A stretch of 64,000 nucleotides of DNA from Candidatus Nanopelagicales bacterium (GTDB taxonomy: Bacteria; Actinomycetota; Actinomycetes; S36-B12; GCA-2699445). The position numbers and the translations under genes are program-made. The stretch spans positions 453-64,452 of the forward strand of contig JAUYJT010000030.1 in the NCBI GenBank assembly GCA_030700225.1, in the 5' to 3' direction. Within the stretch, counting starts at the first letter, position 1. Each line of letters starts with the position of its first letter. Below are positions 1 through 8,029 of this stretch, one piece after another. The notes beneath the pieces were generated by a model, which ran no database searches, had not been told where the DNA came from, and worked only from the letters and a program-made list of their open reading frames with translations.

Positions 1-2
1 GG

Positions 3-233
3 TACATCGTTACGCCCACGCGGGCCGGTCGGCTCGCGACGAGTGACTCTCTGGGTTCCGCGTGGCAGCAAGCCGTAGCCAAGGGCGTTCCGGAGCGGCC
101 GGGTCTGAGACAGCAGTTCATGTGCCACCCGCTGTCCATCGTGGCGCGAGCGAAGCCGACCTGGGATCTGGAGGACTGGCGACCAACGGTTGGCCTGACC
201 AAGACGATGTTGGCAGGGTGCAATCCGTTCTGA
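3..233 (+). CDS. 3' part of a DUF2599-like actinobacterial protein (truncated by window start)
   Basis: Frame 3 from the edge reads ...AWQQAVAKGVPERPGLRQQFMCHPLSIVARAKPTWDLEDWRPTVGLTKTMLAGCNPF*. The QF.CH / W.LE.WRP / GCNP pattern matches my recollection of DUF2599 C-termini. Not in the ORF track. Confidence 0.55.
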   Translation, partial: YIVTPTRAGRLATSDSLGSAWQQAVAKGVPERPGLRQQFMCHPLSIVARAKPTWDLEDWRPTVGLTKTMLAGCNPF

Positions 234-247
234 CCGGTCGTGGCTGA

Positions 248-279
248 CGGTCGCGGGCGGCGGTCGCGGGCGGCGGTCG
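248..279. repeat. 13-bp tandem repeat (CGGTCGCGGGCGG x2.5) between convergent genes
   Basis: Read directly at 248-260, 261-273, 274-279. Confidence 0.8.
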
Positions 280-1269
280 TTACTTCGCTGACGGCGCATC
301 TCCGAAACGGCGGGGCGTTTCGAACCAGCGACTGTACCGCTGCGTGAACAGGGCGGGAATCCCTCCCGAATGCAGGAACACGACAGGCCCATCGGGAAGT
401 TCGCCGGTCCGGCACCACGAGATCAAGGCGGCCATCGCCCTGCCTGTGTAGACGGGGTCCAAGACCAGACCAGTCGTGCGGGCGACGAGCCGGATCGCGT
501 CACGCACCTCCAGCAGGGGAGCTCCGTATGGCGCGCCGGCCTGACTGGCGTCGATCCGAATCTGCCCGCTCGGCGCTGGGCGACCCACAAGGTCCGCCGT
601 CGCACCGAGTAGGCCCAAGACCCGCTCGCTGAGGTCCGGGAGCGCCGCCGCGTCGACACCGATGACGCGATCGCATGAGCCAAGTCCTACCGCCAGGCCG
701 GCCATCGTGCCGCCCGTCCCCGCCGCGCACACAACCGTCGCGCCGGGCACGGCGACCTCAATCTCATCGGCCGCCGTGACGTAGCCCGAGGCGCCGAGCG
801 CGTTCGAGCCACCGAGCGGGATCACGTAAGGCCGATGCCCCGCCGCTTTCAGTTCGCGCTCGACCTCGGCGGCGGTGCCGTCGCGGTCGTCGGGCCCGCA
901 CCACACGACTTGGACCCCGAACAAGTCGTCCAGGATCAGGTTTCCCTCAGGTTGGTGCGGCTGGTGCTGTTCATGCAGCGTTGACATGACGGCGACGCAT
1001 TCGAGGGATTGAGCTCGCGCAGCCGCTGCCGTCGCCCGAATGTGGTTGCTTTGGGCCGCGCCGCTGGTGACCAAAGTGTCAGCGCCAGCGAAGATGGCGT
1101 CGGCGACTAGGTACTCAAGTTTGCGGGCCTTGTTGCCGCCGCCAGTCAGCCCGGTCAAGTCATCGCGCTTGACGAACAGCCGACCCGCGGGGAGCCCGAC
1201 CGCTTCGGCGAGATGATCGATCGGCTGCAGCGGCGTGTTCCTGGCCGCGAAATCGACTCGCTTCGTCAC
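280..1269 (-). CDS. D-cysteine desulfhydrase / ACC deaminase family PLP enzyme
   Basis: Motifs VKRDDLTG..GGNKARKLEY, QSNH, GTGGT and LDPVYTG. Start trimmed to GTG at 1269; the upstream part of the 510-aa ORF is low-complexity read-through. Confidence 0.88.
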   Translation of the reverse strand: MTKRVDFAARNTPLQPIDHLAEAVGLPAGRLFVKRDDLTGLTGGGNKARKLEYLVADAIFAGADTLVTSGAAQSNHIRATAAAARAQSLECVAVMSTLHEQHQPHQPEGNLILDDLFGVQVVWCGPDDRDGTAAEVERELKAAGHRPYVIPLGGSNALGASGYVTAADEIEVAVPGATVVCAAGTGGTMAGLAVGLGSCDRVIGVDAAALPDLSERVLGLLGATADLVGRPAPSGQIRIDASQAGAPYGAPLLEVRDAIRLVARTTGLVLDPVYTGRAMAALISWCRTGELPDGPVVFLHSGGIPALFTQRYSRWFETPRRFGDAPSAK

Positions 1270-1319
1270 GGCCCTATTGTCCCCGCCCAGGGCGCCCTGT
1301 CCACCGGGGGACACCAACG

Positions 1320-2513
1320 TCAACGAAGGTCTTCGATCGATGACTGCCGCGCGACGGTATCCGCGAGGTCCGCCAAAGTGCCCGCTGGATCCGCGAGCGC
1401 GGCCGTGATCGAGCCGCTGTGTTCGACTACCGAGTACGCGGCGGTGATCCCGCTCTTCGAGCACTCGTCCGGACTGACGGTCACTTGGCCTGCGAGCACA
1501 ACGGTCGGCCGGCCAGCGCCTGCGGCCGTGGAGGCGACTCCGCTGACGAGCTTGCCGTGCAGCGACTGCCAGTCGAAACGTCCCTCGCCCGTGATGACGA
1601 GGTCCGCTTCTTGGCACCGATCCGCTAGTCCGATGGCGTCGATCACGGCGGCGGAACCTGGCACGATCTGGGCGCCTATCTGGAGCAAGCCGAAGCCGAG
1701 TCCACCCGCCGCCCCGGCGCCGGGGACGTCGGTGAGATCCGCGCCGTCCGCGGCTCCGGCTCCGGCTCCGGCTCCGACTCCGGCGGCCCCGGCCCCGGCA
1801 GCGTCCGCCCAAGCGGCCATCGCGGCCTCCAGCTCGCGCGCCTCGTCCTCCGAAGCCCCCTTCTGTGCGGCGAACCCGAAGCTCGCGCCTTGGGGGCCGA
1901 GCAGCGGACTGTCGACGTCGGTTGCGGCGACAAGTTCGACTCCGCGCAAGACCTCGCGGGGGCGTGCTAGATCCACCGTCCCCACGTTGCGCAGCGTCAG
2001 ACCTCCGGCACTGAGCAAGGCGGTCGCATCCGATCCGTCGGGCCCAGTCGCTCGCGCGCCAAGCGCGGCCAGCATCCCCGCACCACCGTCCGTGGTGGCC
2101 GAGCCGCCGAGGCCGATCACGATCCAGCGTGCCCCCAGAGACACTGCCTCGCGAATCAACTCACCCACACCGCACGTCGTCGTCAAGCCGGGGTCGCGGA
2201 GGTCGCGCGCCACTAGAGCCAGGCCGCAGGCTTGCGCCGATTCGATATAGGCTTCGGGGCCGGTAGCGCTATGGACTATCAGCACCTGCCCGGCGACAGG
2301 GCCTCGCATTGGGCCGGATACGACAACTTCTCGGATGTCGCCTCCCAGCGCGACGTGCATCACTTCGACAAACCCCGGCCCGCCGTCTGACATGGGCGCG
2401 GTGTCGATCGCGTCCCCCGGACGGGCGTGCGACCAACCGGCCTCGACGGCCGCAGCCGCCTCGCCGGCCGACAAAGTGCCAGCGAACTTGTCCACAGCGA
2501 TGAGCACTCGCAC
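1320..2513 (-). CDS. glxK: glycerate kinase
   Basis: MRVLIAVDKFAGTL, GLGGSAT.DGG.G, GAGAAGGLG and VITGEGRFD.QSL.GK motifs. Start trimmed to GTG at 2513. Confidence 0.9.
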   Translation of the reverse strand: MRVLIAVDKFAGTLSAGEAAAAVEAGWSHARPGDAIDTAPMSDGGPGFVEVMHVALGGDIREVVVSGPMRGPVAGQVLIVHSATGPEAYIESAQACGLALVARDLRDPGLTTTCGVGELIREAVSLGARWIVIGLGGSATTDGGAGMLAALGARATGPDGSDATALLSAGGLTLRNVGTVDLARPREVLRGVELVAATDVDSPLLGPQGASFGFAAQKGASEDEARELEAAMAAWADAAGAGAAGVGAGAGAGAADGADLTDVPGAGAAGGLGFGLLQIGAQIVPGSAAVIDAIGLADRCQEADLVITGEGRFDWQSLHGKLVSGVASTAAGAGRPTVVLAGQVTVSPDECSKSGITAAYSVVEHSGSITAALADPAGTLADLADTVARQSSIEDLR

Positions 2514-2558
2514 CCGTGCGACGATAGCCCCAGGAACGCCCAGCGGGAGGCCCTGGCA

Positions 2559-3020
2559 GTGACTCAACTCGTACCATCGATCTTCGCCGGGCCCGGGCGC
2601 GACGGCGATTTCGCGTGGATGATCAAGCAGCCGCGGTTCTCGGACGCGTTCTTCCTGTTCAACGACGACGAAGGCCGGTTCGCCCATCACCGGCGGAATG
2701 TCGGCACGGACCACACTTGCCCGCGCGGCGCGGGCAACGCCGTGATCCGGCCGTATCAATGCCGCAGACCGCCTCGCGCCGCCGGGATACCGACCGGCGC
2801 GAGGGGTCGGGGATACTCCGCCCTCACGCCAGAGGTTGAGCGCGTCATCGACGAAGCGGTCGCGACCGCCGTCGCCGACGCTCGCGCTTCGGGGGCGCAG
2901 CGGGTGTTCTACAGCGCCGCCGATTCGACCGGGGGTCTGGGCACAGGCATCTTCCAGGTCGCGCCCGAGGTGAAGGAACACATCGTTCAGCGCCTGCGGT
3001 CGGCGTTCGCCGGCGACTAG
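2559..3020 (+). CDS. hypothetical protein (153 aa)
   Basis: GC3-rich globular-looking ORF from GTG 2559, divergent from glycerate kinase. Confidence 0.65.
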   Translation: MTQLVPSIFAGPGRDGDFAWMIKQPRFSDAFFLFNDDEGRFAHHRRNVGTDHTCPRGAGNAVIRPYQCRRPPRAAGIPTGARGRGYSALTPEVERVIDEAVATAVADARASGAQRVFYSAADSTGGLGTGIFQVAPEVKEHIVQRLRSAFAGD

Positions 3021-3127
3021 CCGGTCCAGCGGGATGGTGACCAGAAGACCCGCCCCGGCCCAGGCTCCGGCCCGGCCCGATAGCTCCCTGGGCGCCCCAG
3101 ATCGGCTGCGCAGTCGCGGCGAGCTGT

Positions 3128-3448
3128 TCAGAGCGGGGAGTCCAGGTCGAGCGCCCGGATCACGGCCGAGCCGACCTCCCGGCTGAGTTCGTGAGCGATC
3201 TCGCCGCGACGGGATCTGAAATGCCCCGCCCGCACAGTCTGCAGGTCGGTGACGTTGATGAAGCTGTCGTCGCAGCCTTCCTCGGGCCCAACCGGGATGT
3301 GAGTCGACGCCGGACCCTCAGTGTGGGTGATCACAGCCACCGTGTACGCCCCGAGCCTGGCCAGCAGAATCTGATTGGTCAGCACCAAGCCCGGATGGCG
3401 GCCGATCCGGGGGAAGTCAATGTCCCATATCTCCCCGCGGTTGATCAC
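3128..3448 (-). CDS. mazF: MazF/PemK family endoribonuclease toxin
   Basis: RGEIW.....IGRHPGLVLTN N-terminus, 106 aa, GTGA overlap with the upstream small ORF. Confidence 0.85.
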   Translation of the reverse strand: MINRGEIWDIDFPRIGRHPGLVLTNQILLARLGAYTVAVITHTEGPASTHIPVGPEEGCDDSFINVTDLQTVRAGHFRSRRGEIAHELSREVGSAVIRALDLDSPL

Positions 3449-3660
3449 GGCGAGATTGAGTTGTCCACGACGGCCCTGGGTCCGTAGAAGTCATCGTATT
3501 CATGCGCTAGGTGGCGCTGGCGGGCTTCATGCTCTAGGAAAGGCAACACGTGCCGGATCGCCTCCGACCGGGTCAAGCCAAGCTCACGGCGTGCCTGATC
3601 GTATCTGTCGGAGTCCGTGCCGAGCCTCGCCTGCCACACGTCATTGGTCTTAGTGCTCAC
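3445..3660 (-). CDS. ribbon-helix-helix-type antitoxin (MazE-like)
   Basis: 71 aa from GTG 3660 with LGLTRSEAIR helix, coupled to the toxin by a GTGA overlap. Confidence 0.7.
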   Translation of the reverse strand: MSTKTNDVWQARLGTDSDRYDQARRELGLTRSEAIRHVLPFLEHEARQRHLAHEYDDFYGPRAVVDNSISP

Positions 3661-3666
3661 CTGTGA

Positions 3667-3672
3667 AGTATA
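3667..3672 (-). promoter_or_regulatory. -10 element TATACT, probable leaderless promoter of the mazEF-like operon
   Basis: TATACT lies 6 nt upstream of GTG 3660 on the minus strand. Confidence 0.55.
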
Positions 3673-3790
3673 CAACGCGAATACAGCAGAGTCCGTGTCA
3701 CCGTGGACCCGCCGGAGTGGTGCCCGCAGAATGCGAGGCAGCCCGCTCGAAAGCACCGTGCGTGGCCCGCCGGGAGGGGGGGAGATCACC

Positions 3791-4741
3791 ATGCCCAATC
3801 CGCACGCCTGTGAGACGCGGTTCGGCCCCTATGCGGTCCGCTGGATCGAAGAACGGCCCGGGCTGCGCCCGCGCACGGTCCAGCTGTACGAATGGACCTA
3901 CCGTCGACATCTCGCCCCATCGTTCGAACATGCGCGTGTTCAGGCGATCAGTCTCGCGATGGTGCGCACTTGGCGGGCTGACTTGATCCGGTCCGGTGTG
4001 TCCGGTTCACTCGCCGCCAAGGCCTACCGACTGCTGCGGGCGATCCTTGGCACCGCCGTCGACGACGATCTGATCGAGCGGAATCCATGCCGGATACGCG
4101 GCGCGGGCGTGGAGTCTCCCAACGAGCGACCGGTGCTGACCACCCAGCAGGTCTTCGCGCTCGCGGACCTCATGCCAGCGCGGCTGCGATGCATGGTGCT
4201 CATCGCCACGTTCGCCAGTCTCCGCTACGGCGAGGTGGCCGCGCTGCGGCGCCGGGACCTGGACTTCGGCGCCGGGACCGTCCGGGTCAGCCGCACTCTG
4301 ACCGAGATCCGCGGCCAGGGGCTGGCATTCGGGCCACCCAAGTCTCGCGCCGGGGTACGCACCGTCTCAGTTCCGAATGTGGTCATGGGTGACCTGGCCG
4401 ACCACCTGCACGCCTACATGGAGGAAGATCCTCAGGCCCTGGTGTTCACCGGCCCCAAGGGCGCGCCCATCCGCCGGGGCAACTTCAACTCCCTTGCCAG
4501 GTGGAAGGAGATCGTGCGGACGATCGGCGCCGAGGGGCTCCACTTCCACGATCTGCGCCACACCGGCAACATGTTGGCAGCGGCCGCCGGCGGGTCGACC
4601 CGGGACCTCATGGCGCGCATGGGGCACAGCTCGATGACCGCCGCCCTGCTCTACCAGCACGCCACAGCCCGGGCGGACCGGCACATCGCCGACCAGCTTG
4701 ACAGCCAGGTGCGGGCCGCGCGGCAACGCGGAGACTCCTAG
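3791..4741 (+). CDS. int: tyrosine recombinase / phage-type integrase
   Basis: Catalytic set LRYGE (R), PK (K), HDLRH, MGH and LLYQH (Y). GGAG-rich RBS before ATG 3791. Confidence 0.9.
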   Translation: MPNPHACETRFGPYAVRWIEERPGLRPRTVQLYEWTYRRHLAPSFEHARVQAISLAMVRTWRADLIRSGVSGSLAAKAYRLLRAILGTAVDDDLIERNPCRIRGAGVESPNERPVLTTQQVFALADLMPARLRCMVLIATFASLRYGEVAALRRRDLDFGAGTVRVSRTLTEIRGQGLAFGPPKSRAGVRTVSVPNVVMGDLADHLHAYMEEDPQALVFTGPKGAPIRRGNFNSLARWKEIVRTIGAEGLHFHDLRHTGNMLAAAAGGSTRDLMARMGHSSMTAALLYQHATARADRHIADQLDSQVRAARQRGDS

Positions 4742-4931
4742 GCCCGGCCAGGCCGACACCAAGCCGGGCGTCCTGACAGCGAACCCAGCTGTCACCGCGC
4801 ACCTTCGCCAGGACTTCCGCACCAGATCCGCCCGCCAAGCCGATCGCGGCGACATGCCGAGCCGGGTGTCCCGCCGCGGTTAGCTCATCCGCCAGCCGCC
4901 TTGAAAGACACTCATCGACGAGGAGCTTCAT
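4608..4931 (-). pseudogene. DUF5615 PIN-like toxin, degenerate after about 45 codons
   Basis: Starts MKLLVDECLSRRLADELTAAGH..HV..IGL.G, then loses the expected D.EV and (T/A)D.DF acidic motifs. The tail runs antisense into the integrase. ATGA overlap with the DUF433 gene. Confidence 0.6.
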
Positions 4932-5155
4932 GCACTGGTTGGGAACGGCAGTTCCCGCGTCTCTACCTCAGCCGCCGCGAACCGCAAGGCCTGCTTGATC
5001 GCTTCCGCGTCAAGCTGGGGAAACTCGGCGAGAATCCCGGCGACGTCCCAGCCGGCGGCGACCATGGAAACGACCGTTGCTACGGGGATCCGGGTACCGG
5101 CGATGCGAGGCCGACCAGCCATGATCGCCTGGTCCACGCGGATTCTGTCGAACAT
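4928..5155 (-). CDS. DUF433 family antitoxin (VapB45-like)
   Basis: DRIRVDQAIMAGRPRIAGTRIPV...ILAEFPQL...IKQAL.FAA. A -10 TACCGT lies 6 nt before ATG 5155, suggesting a leaderless start. Confidence 0.85.
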   Translation of the reverse strand: MFDRIRVDQAIMAGRPRIAGTRIPVATVVSMVAAGWDVAGILAEFPQLDAEAIKQALRFAAAEVETRELPFPTSA

Positions 5156-5289
5156 GCCCACACGGTACTTGGGCAGAACAGGCTTGGGGTAGTCCTATGG
5201 AGCCTCAGCGCTCTGGCCCCAGGTGCCTGGACACCCGCTCAGACTCCCCGAGGATGTCAGGTCGCCTTCACCCCAGCCAGGTGATGCGA

Positions 5290-5332
5290 AGGTGAGTAGC
5301 CGGGGGGAGTTGCACCCCCCGGCTACTCACCT
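5290..5332. repeat. perfect 18-bp inverted repeat with 7-nt loop
   Basis: AGGTGAGTAGCCGGGGGG-AGTTGCA-CCCCCCGGCTACTCACCT. Confidence 0.9.
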
Positions 5333-5485
5333 CTGCACCATCCGGCCGCGAGCACACGCTCAGAATCCGCGCGCGCGAGCCTCGCGCAGAGGTCCGTAGC
5401 CGCCGCAGTGCTAGACAAGCGGCCGGATTGGCAGCGTTCGCCCGCGAATTGCCACTGGCCGCTGGCGCGCTGACGGACATAGCGC

Positions 5486-5514
5486 TTGCCGCTAATAACG
5501 CGTGTCGTTACTAT
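5486..5514 (+). promoter_or_regulatory. sigma70-type promoter of higBA with overlapping operator palindrome
   Basis: TTGCCG-17 bp-TACTAT, 7 nt before GTG 5522. TAACG-N5-CGTTA at 5496-5510. Confidence 0.7.
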
Positions 5515-5521
5515 GGTCACG

Positions 5522-5803
5522 GTGATCAGATCGTTTCGCGACACCGCCACGACGCGAGTCTGGACGCGCCAACACGTGCCCCGGTGGAGTCCGCAGCTCC
5601 AACGCGCTGCTCGCCGGAAGCTCGTACAACTCAACAGCGCCGTGACGATTGAGGACCTGCGGGTTCCTCCAGGCAATCGTCTCGAAGCACTCTCGGGAGC
5701 TAGGGCCGGCCAGCACAGCATCCGGATCAACGACCAATGGCGATTGTGCTTCACATGGACTGAAGGCGGACCTGAGAACGCCGAGATCGTTGACTACCAC
5801 TGA
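5522..5803 (+). CDS. higB: HigB (RelE/ParE superfamily) toxin
   Basis: MIRSFRD...RKLVQLNSA...DLRVPPGNRLEALSG.RAGQHSIRINDQWRLCF.W. Confidence 0.92.
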   Translation: MIRSFRDTATTRVWTRQHVPRWSPQLQRAARRKLVQLNSAVTIEDLRVPPGNRLEALSGARAGQHSIRINDQWRLCFTWTEGGPENAEIVDYH

Positions 5804-5822
5804 ACGGAAAGGAGCGCAGCTG

Positions 5823-6128
5823 ATGAACATGGACCATCTGACGCCGATACATCCCGGCGAGGTCTTGCTCGAGGACTTCCTGGGCCCATTGAGCATGAGC
5901 CAGTACCGGCTTGCCAAGGCGATCGGTGTTCACCCCAGGCGGATCAACGAGATCGTGCATGGCACGCGCGGCATCACGGCCGACACTGCTTTGCGGCTGG
6001 CGCGGTTCTTCGGTACGACCCCACAGTTCTGGATGAACATGCAGGACCAGTACGAACTCGATTCCGAAGAAGATCGGCTTGGTGAGTCGCTGAGCCGCAT
6101 CGAGCCAATGCCGCGGCGCGTCGGCTGA
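5823..6128 (+). CDS. higA: HigA XRE-family antitoxin
   Basis: PIHPGEVLLEDFL.PL.MSQY.LA..IGV...RINEIV.G.R.IT.DTALRL.RFFGT..QFW.N.Q. AAGGAG RBS. Confidence 0.92.
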   Translation: MNMDHLTPIHPGEVLLEDFLGPLSMSQYRLAKAIGVHPRRINEIVHGTRGITADTALRLARFFGTTPQFWMNMQDQYELDSEEDRLGESLSRIEPMPRRVG

Positions 6129-6201
6129 CCGAAGTTCGGCCCTGCGCGGGCGGGTCACAAGAGCCGGGCGTTGACCGCGAATGGTGCGATTCGCGAGGAA
6201 A

Positions 6202-6264
6202 TCAGCCTGGAGCGGGTGACTAAGGGACCCCCAGCTCGCGGGGGAGAATCGAACCCGCACTGTC
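6202..6264 (-). repeat. att-like copy of the tRNA-Gly 3' half, interrupted by a 25-bp insert
   Basis: 6202-6220 equals 9845-9863 (19 bp) and 6246-6264 equals 9866-9884 (19 bp). The 2 bp between the blocks in the tRNA are replaced by 25 bp. Confidence 0.85.
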
Positions 6265-6456
6265 GACTTAGCAAGCGCATGGACGTGCTCGTGGGCCGAG
6301 GGATGGGCGAGGACGGGGCGGACCGCAGCCACCGCTGAATCACCGTGATTGACCGCCGCTTGTGGCACGAGGATCGCGCGCCCACGAGTCCTTAGTGTTG
6401 GGGAAGGACGCGACCACGCAAGAGAGCGTCGGACCGCCCGACCGCTGCGATCTAGG

Positions 6457-6497
6457 GGGTACTCTGTCTTTACCTACTAGGTAAAGCCAGAGTACCC
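6457..6497. promoter_or_regulatory. 41-bp near-perfect palindrome upstream of a TA operon (probable operator)
   Basis: GGGTACTCTG-T-CTTTACCTA-C-TAGGTAAAG-C-CAGAGTACCC; 19 of 20 pairs. Confidence 0.7.
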
Positions 6498-6556
6498 TGG
6501 ACAGACCGGGGAGCAGGAGGGTCACGTGAGCCGCGAGGAACGGGGAAGCTTCTGCG

Positions 6557-6901
6557 ATGGACGTCTACTTCCAGACCAAAAGGCTAGCGGACCTGTGCAA
6601 CGACGGAAGGAAGCTGACCAGGAAGTACGGGAAGCGGGTGGCTGAGACGACAGAGGCCCGACTCCAGCAGTTGGAGGCAGTGAGATCACTGGAGGAGCTC
6701 CGCGCCCTGCCTGGTAGATGGCATGAGCTGAGCGCCAACCTCGCTGGCATGTGGGCGGCCGACGTCGCTGGCAAACGAGACAGGCTTCGACTAATTGTGC
6801 GGGAGGAGTCAAGAACAGATACCGACAATGCTGGCCAAGACAATGACCCCGCTGCCTTGGTGGTGGCACTTTCGGATCATTACGACGACCTAGGGAGGTG
6901 A
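6557..6901 (+). CDS. HigB/RelE-like toxin (killer-suppression type)
   Basis: MDVYFQTKRLADLCND.RKL.RKYG...A.....RLQQLEA..SLEEL..LPGRWHEL...LAG.WA.D. Confidence 0.78.
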   Translation: MDVYFQTKRLADLCNDGRKLTRKYGKRVAETTEARLQQLEAVRSLEELRALPGRWHELSANLAGMWAADVAGKRDRLRLIVREESRTDTDNAGQDNDPAALVVALSDHYDDLGR

Positions 6902-6903
6902 CG

Positions 6904-7989
6904 ATGTACAAGTATCGACCGGAGAATGCAGTTCCCGCAGGTAGAGACATCCGCGATTGGGCCGAAGAACACGGCCTACGCCAGGGTGACCTAGCCGCAC
7001 GTCTTGGCCTGTCCGAGAAGGGTCTGTCACAGATTGTTACCGGCAAGGCACCGTTGTCGCGCGCGACGGCTCAGCGCCTTGGACTAGTGACGGGGATTTC
7101 CGCCAGTTACTGGAACAGGCGGGAGCTGGTATATCGAGAACACCTTGATCGCCTCGGCACTCCGAGCTTGGACGCGGAACAGGCAGACTGGGTCGCTTGC
7201 TTCGACACAAATGAACTGAAGAAGCATGGGGCTATCACAGCGACCGGACGTGACAAGCCGTTGCAGTGTCGAGAACTGCTGAGTTTCTTCGCGGTTGCCT
7301 CCCCTGCGGCGTGGGAACGGGTGTGGCAGAAGCCTCAAGCGGCCTTCAGGCGCTCGAGAAGGCTGCAAGCGACCCCCCATATGGCCAGCGCCTGGCTGCG
7401 CTTCGGCGAACGCGAGATCACGACGTGGCCTAGCTTCTACTCCCAGCATGACCTAGAGAGGAGTCTTGAGAGACTGCGCCAGCTGACACGGGAACCAGAC
7501 CCGAAGGCAGCCGCCCGCGCTCTCCACTCTCACTTGTGGGAAGCCGGGGTCTCGCTGGTCTTTGTCCCAGCATTTCGCCGTGTGCCGATCGCCGCAGCCA
7601 CACGCTGGTTCAATGGTCGCCCAGTGATCCAGATGTCGGATAGACATAAGACCGATGACCACTTCTGGTTCTCCTTCTTCCATGAGGTGGGGCACGTTCT
7701 TGAGAGTCCGACGATTGACACATTGGAGGGGACGGAATCCATAGAGATTGAGCGGCAAGCCGACGCTTTCGCCGCACAAGTGCTGATACCGGGTGCACTT
7801 CCAAGGCTCCGAAGACTGTCCGACATCGAAGAGTACGCAGAAGGAGTTGGAGTCAGTGCAGGCATCGCCGTGGGACGGCTTCAACATGAGGGAAAGATCC
7901 GCCGCGACGTGGGTAATCGGCTGAAGAGCAAGGTGTCGGACCTCGTTCGAGAGCTGACCGTGCTGCAGAGGGTTGCCGCCCAGCCTTGA
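6904..7989 (+). CDS. XRE/HigA-type HTH fused to an ImmA/IrrE Zn-metallopeptidase
   Basis: N-terminal GLRQGDLA.RLGLSEK.LSQIV.GK HTH and C-terminal FFHEVGH (HExxH) with E..ADAFA. GGAGG RBS. Confidence 0.88.
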   Translation: MYKYRPENAVPAGRDIRDWAEEHGLRQGDLAARLGLSEKGLSQIVTGKAPLSRATAQRLGLVTGISASYWNRRELVYREHLDRLGTPSLDAEQADWVACFDTNELKKHGAITATGRDKPLQCRELLSFFAVASPAAWERVWQKPQAAFRRSRRLQATPHMASAWLRFGEREITTWPSFYSQHDLERSLERLRQLTREPDPKAAARALHSHLWEAGVSLVFVPAFRRVPIAAATRWFNGRPVIQMSDRHKTDDHFWFSFFHEVGHVLESPTIDTLEGTESIEIERQADAFAAQVLIPGALPRLRRLSDIEEYAEGVGVSAGIAVGRLQHEGKIRRDVGNRLKSKVSDLVRELTVLQRVAAQP

Positions 7990-7994
7990 GCCGT

Positions 7995-8029
7995 CGGCGA
8001 CGTGCGGAGCGTCAGCGAAGCATCTCGCC
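7995..8029 (+). repeat. imperfect 35-bp direct repeat, partner at 8496-8530
   Basis: CGGCGACGTGCGGAGCG is identical at 7995-8011 and 8496-8512; the next 18 bp match at 13 positions. Confidence 0.75.

Noticed and set aside
1753-1800. GCTCCG hexamer run in glycerate kinase
   Set aside because: In-frame Ala/Gly linker expansion with no frameshift; no evidence of phase variation.
1213-2250. Long antisense or alternate-frame ORFs (e.g. 1213-2250, 10391-12211, 22749-24011, 32885-33700, 55473-56090)
   Set aside because: They shadow well-supported genes on the other strand or frame, are Arg/Pro/Ala-rich, and are expected in high-GC DNA.
5229-5245. GGACACCCGCTCAGACT resembling the tRNA 3' end in the opposite orientation
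   Set aside because: Too short and mismatched to distinguish from chance in GC-rich DNA.
6221-6249. CRISPR array suggested by the repeat-like insert
   Set aside because: Single copy, no spacers and no cas genes in the window; kept only as a resemblance.
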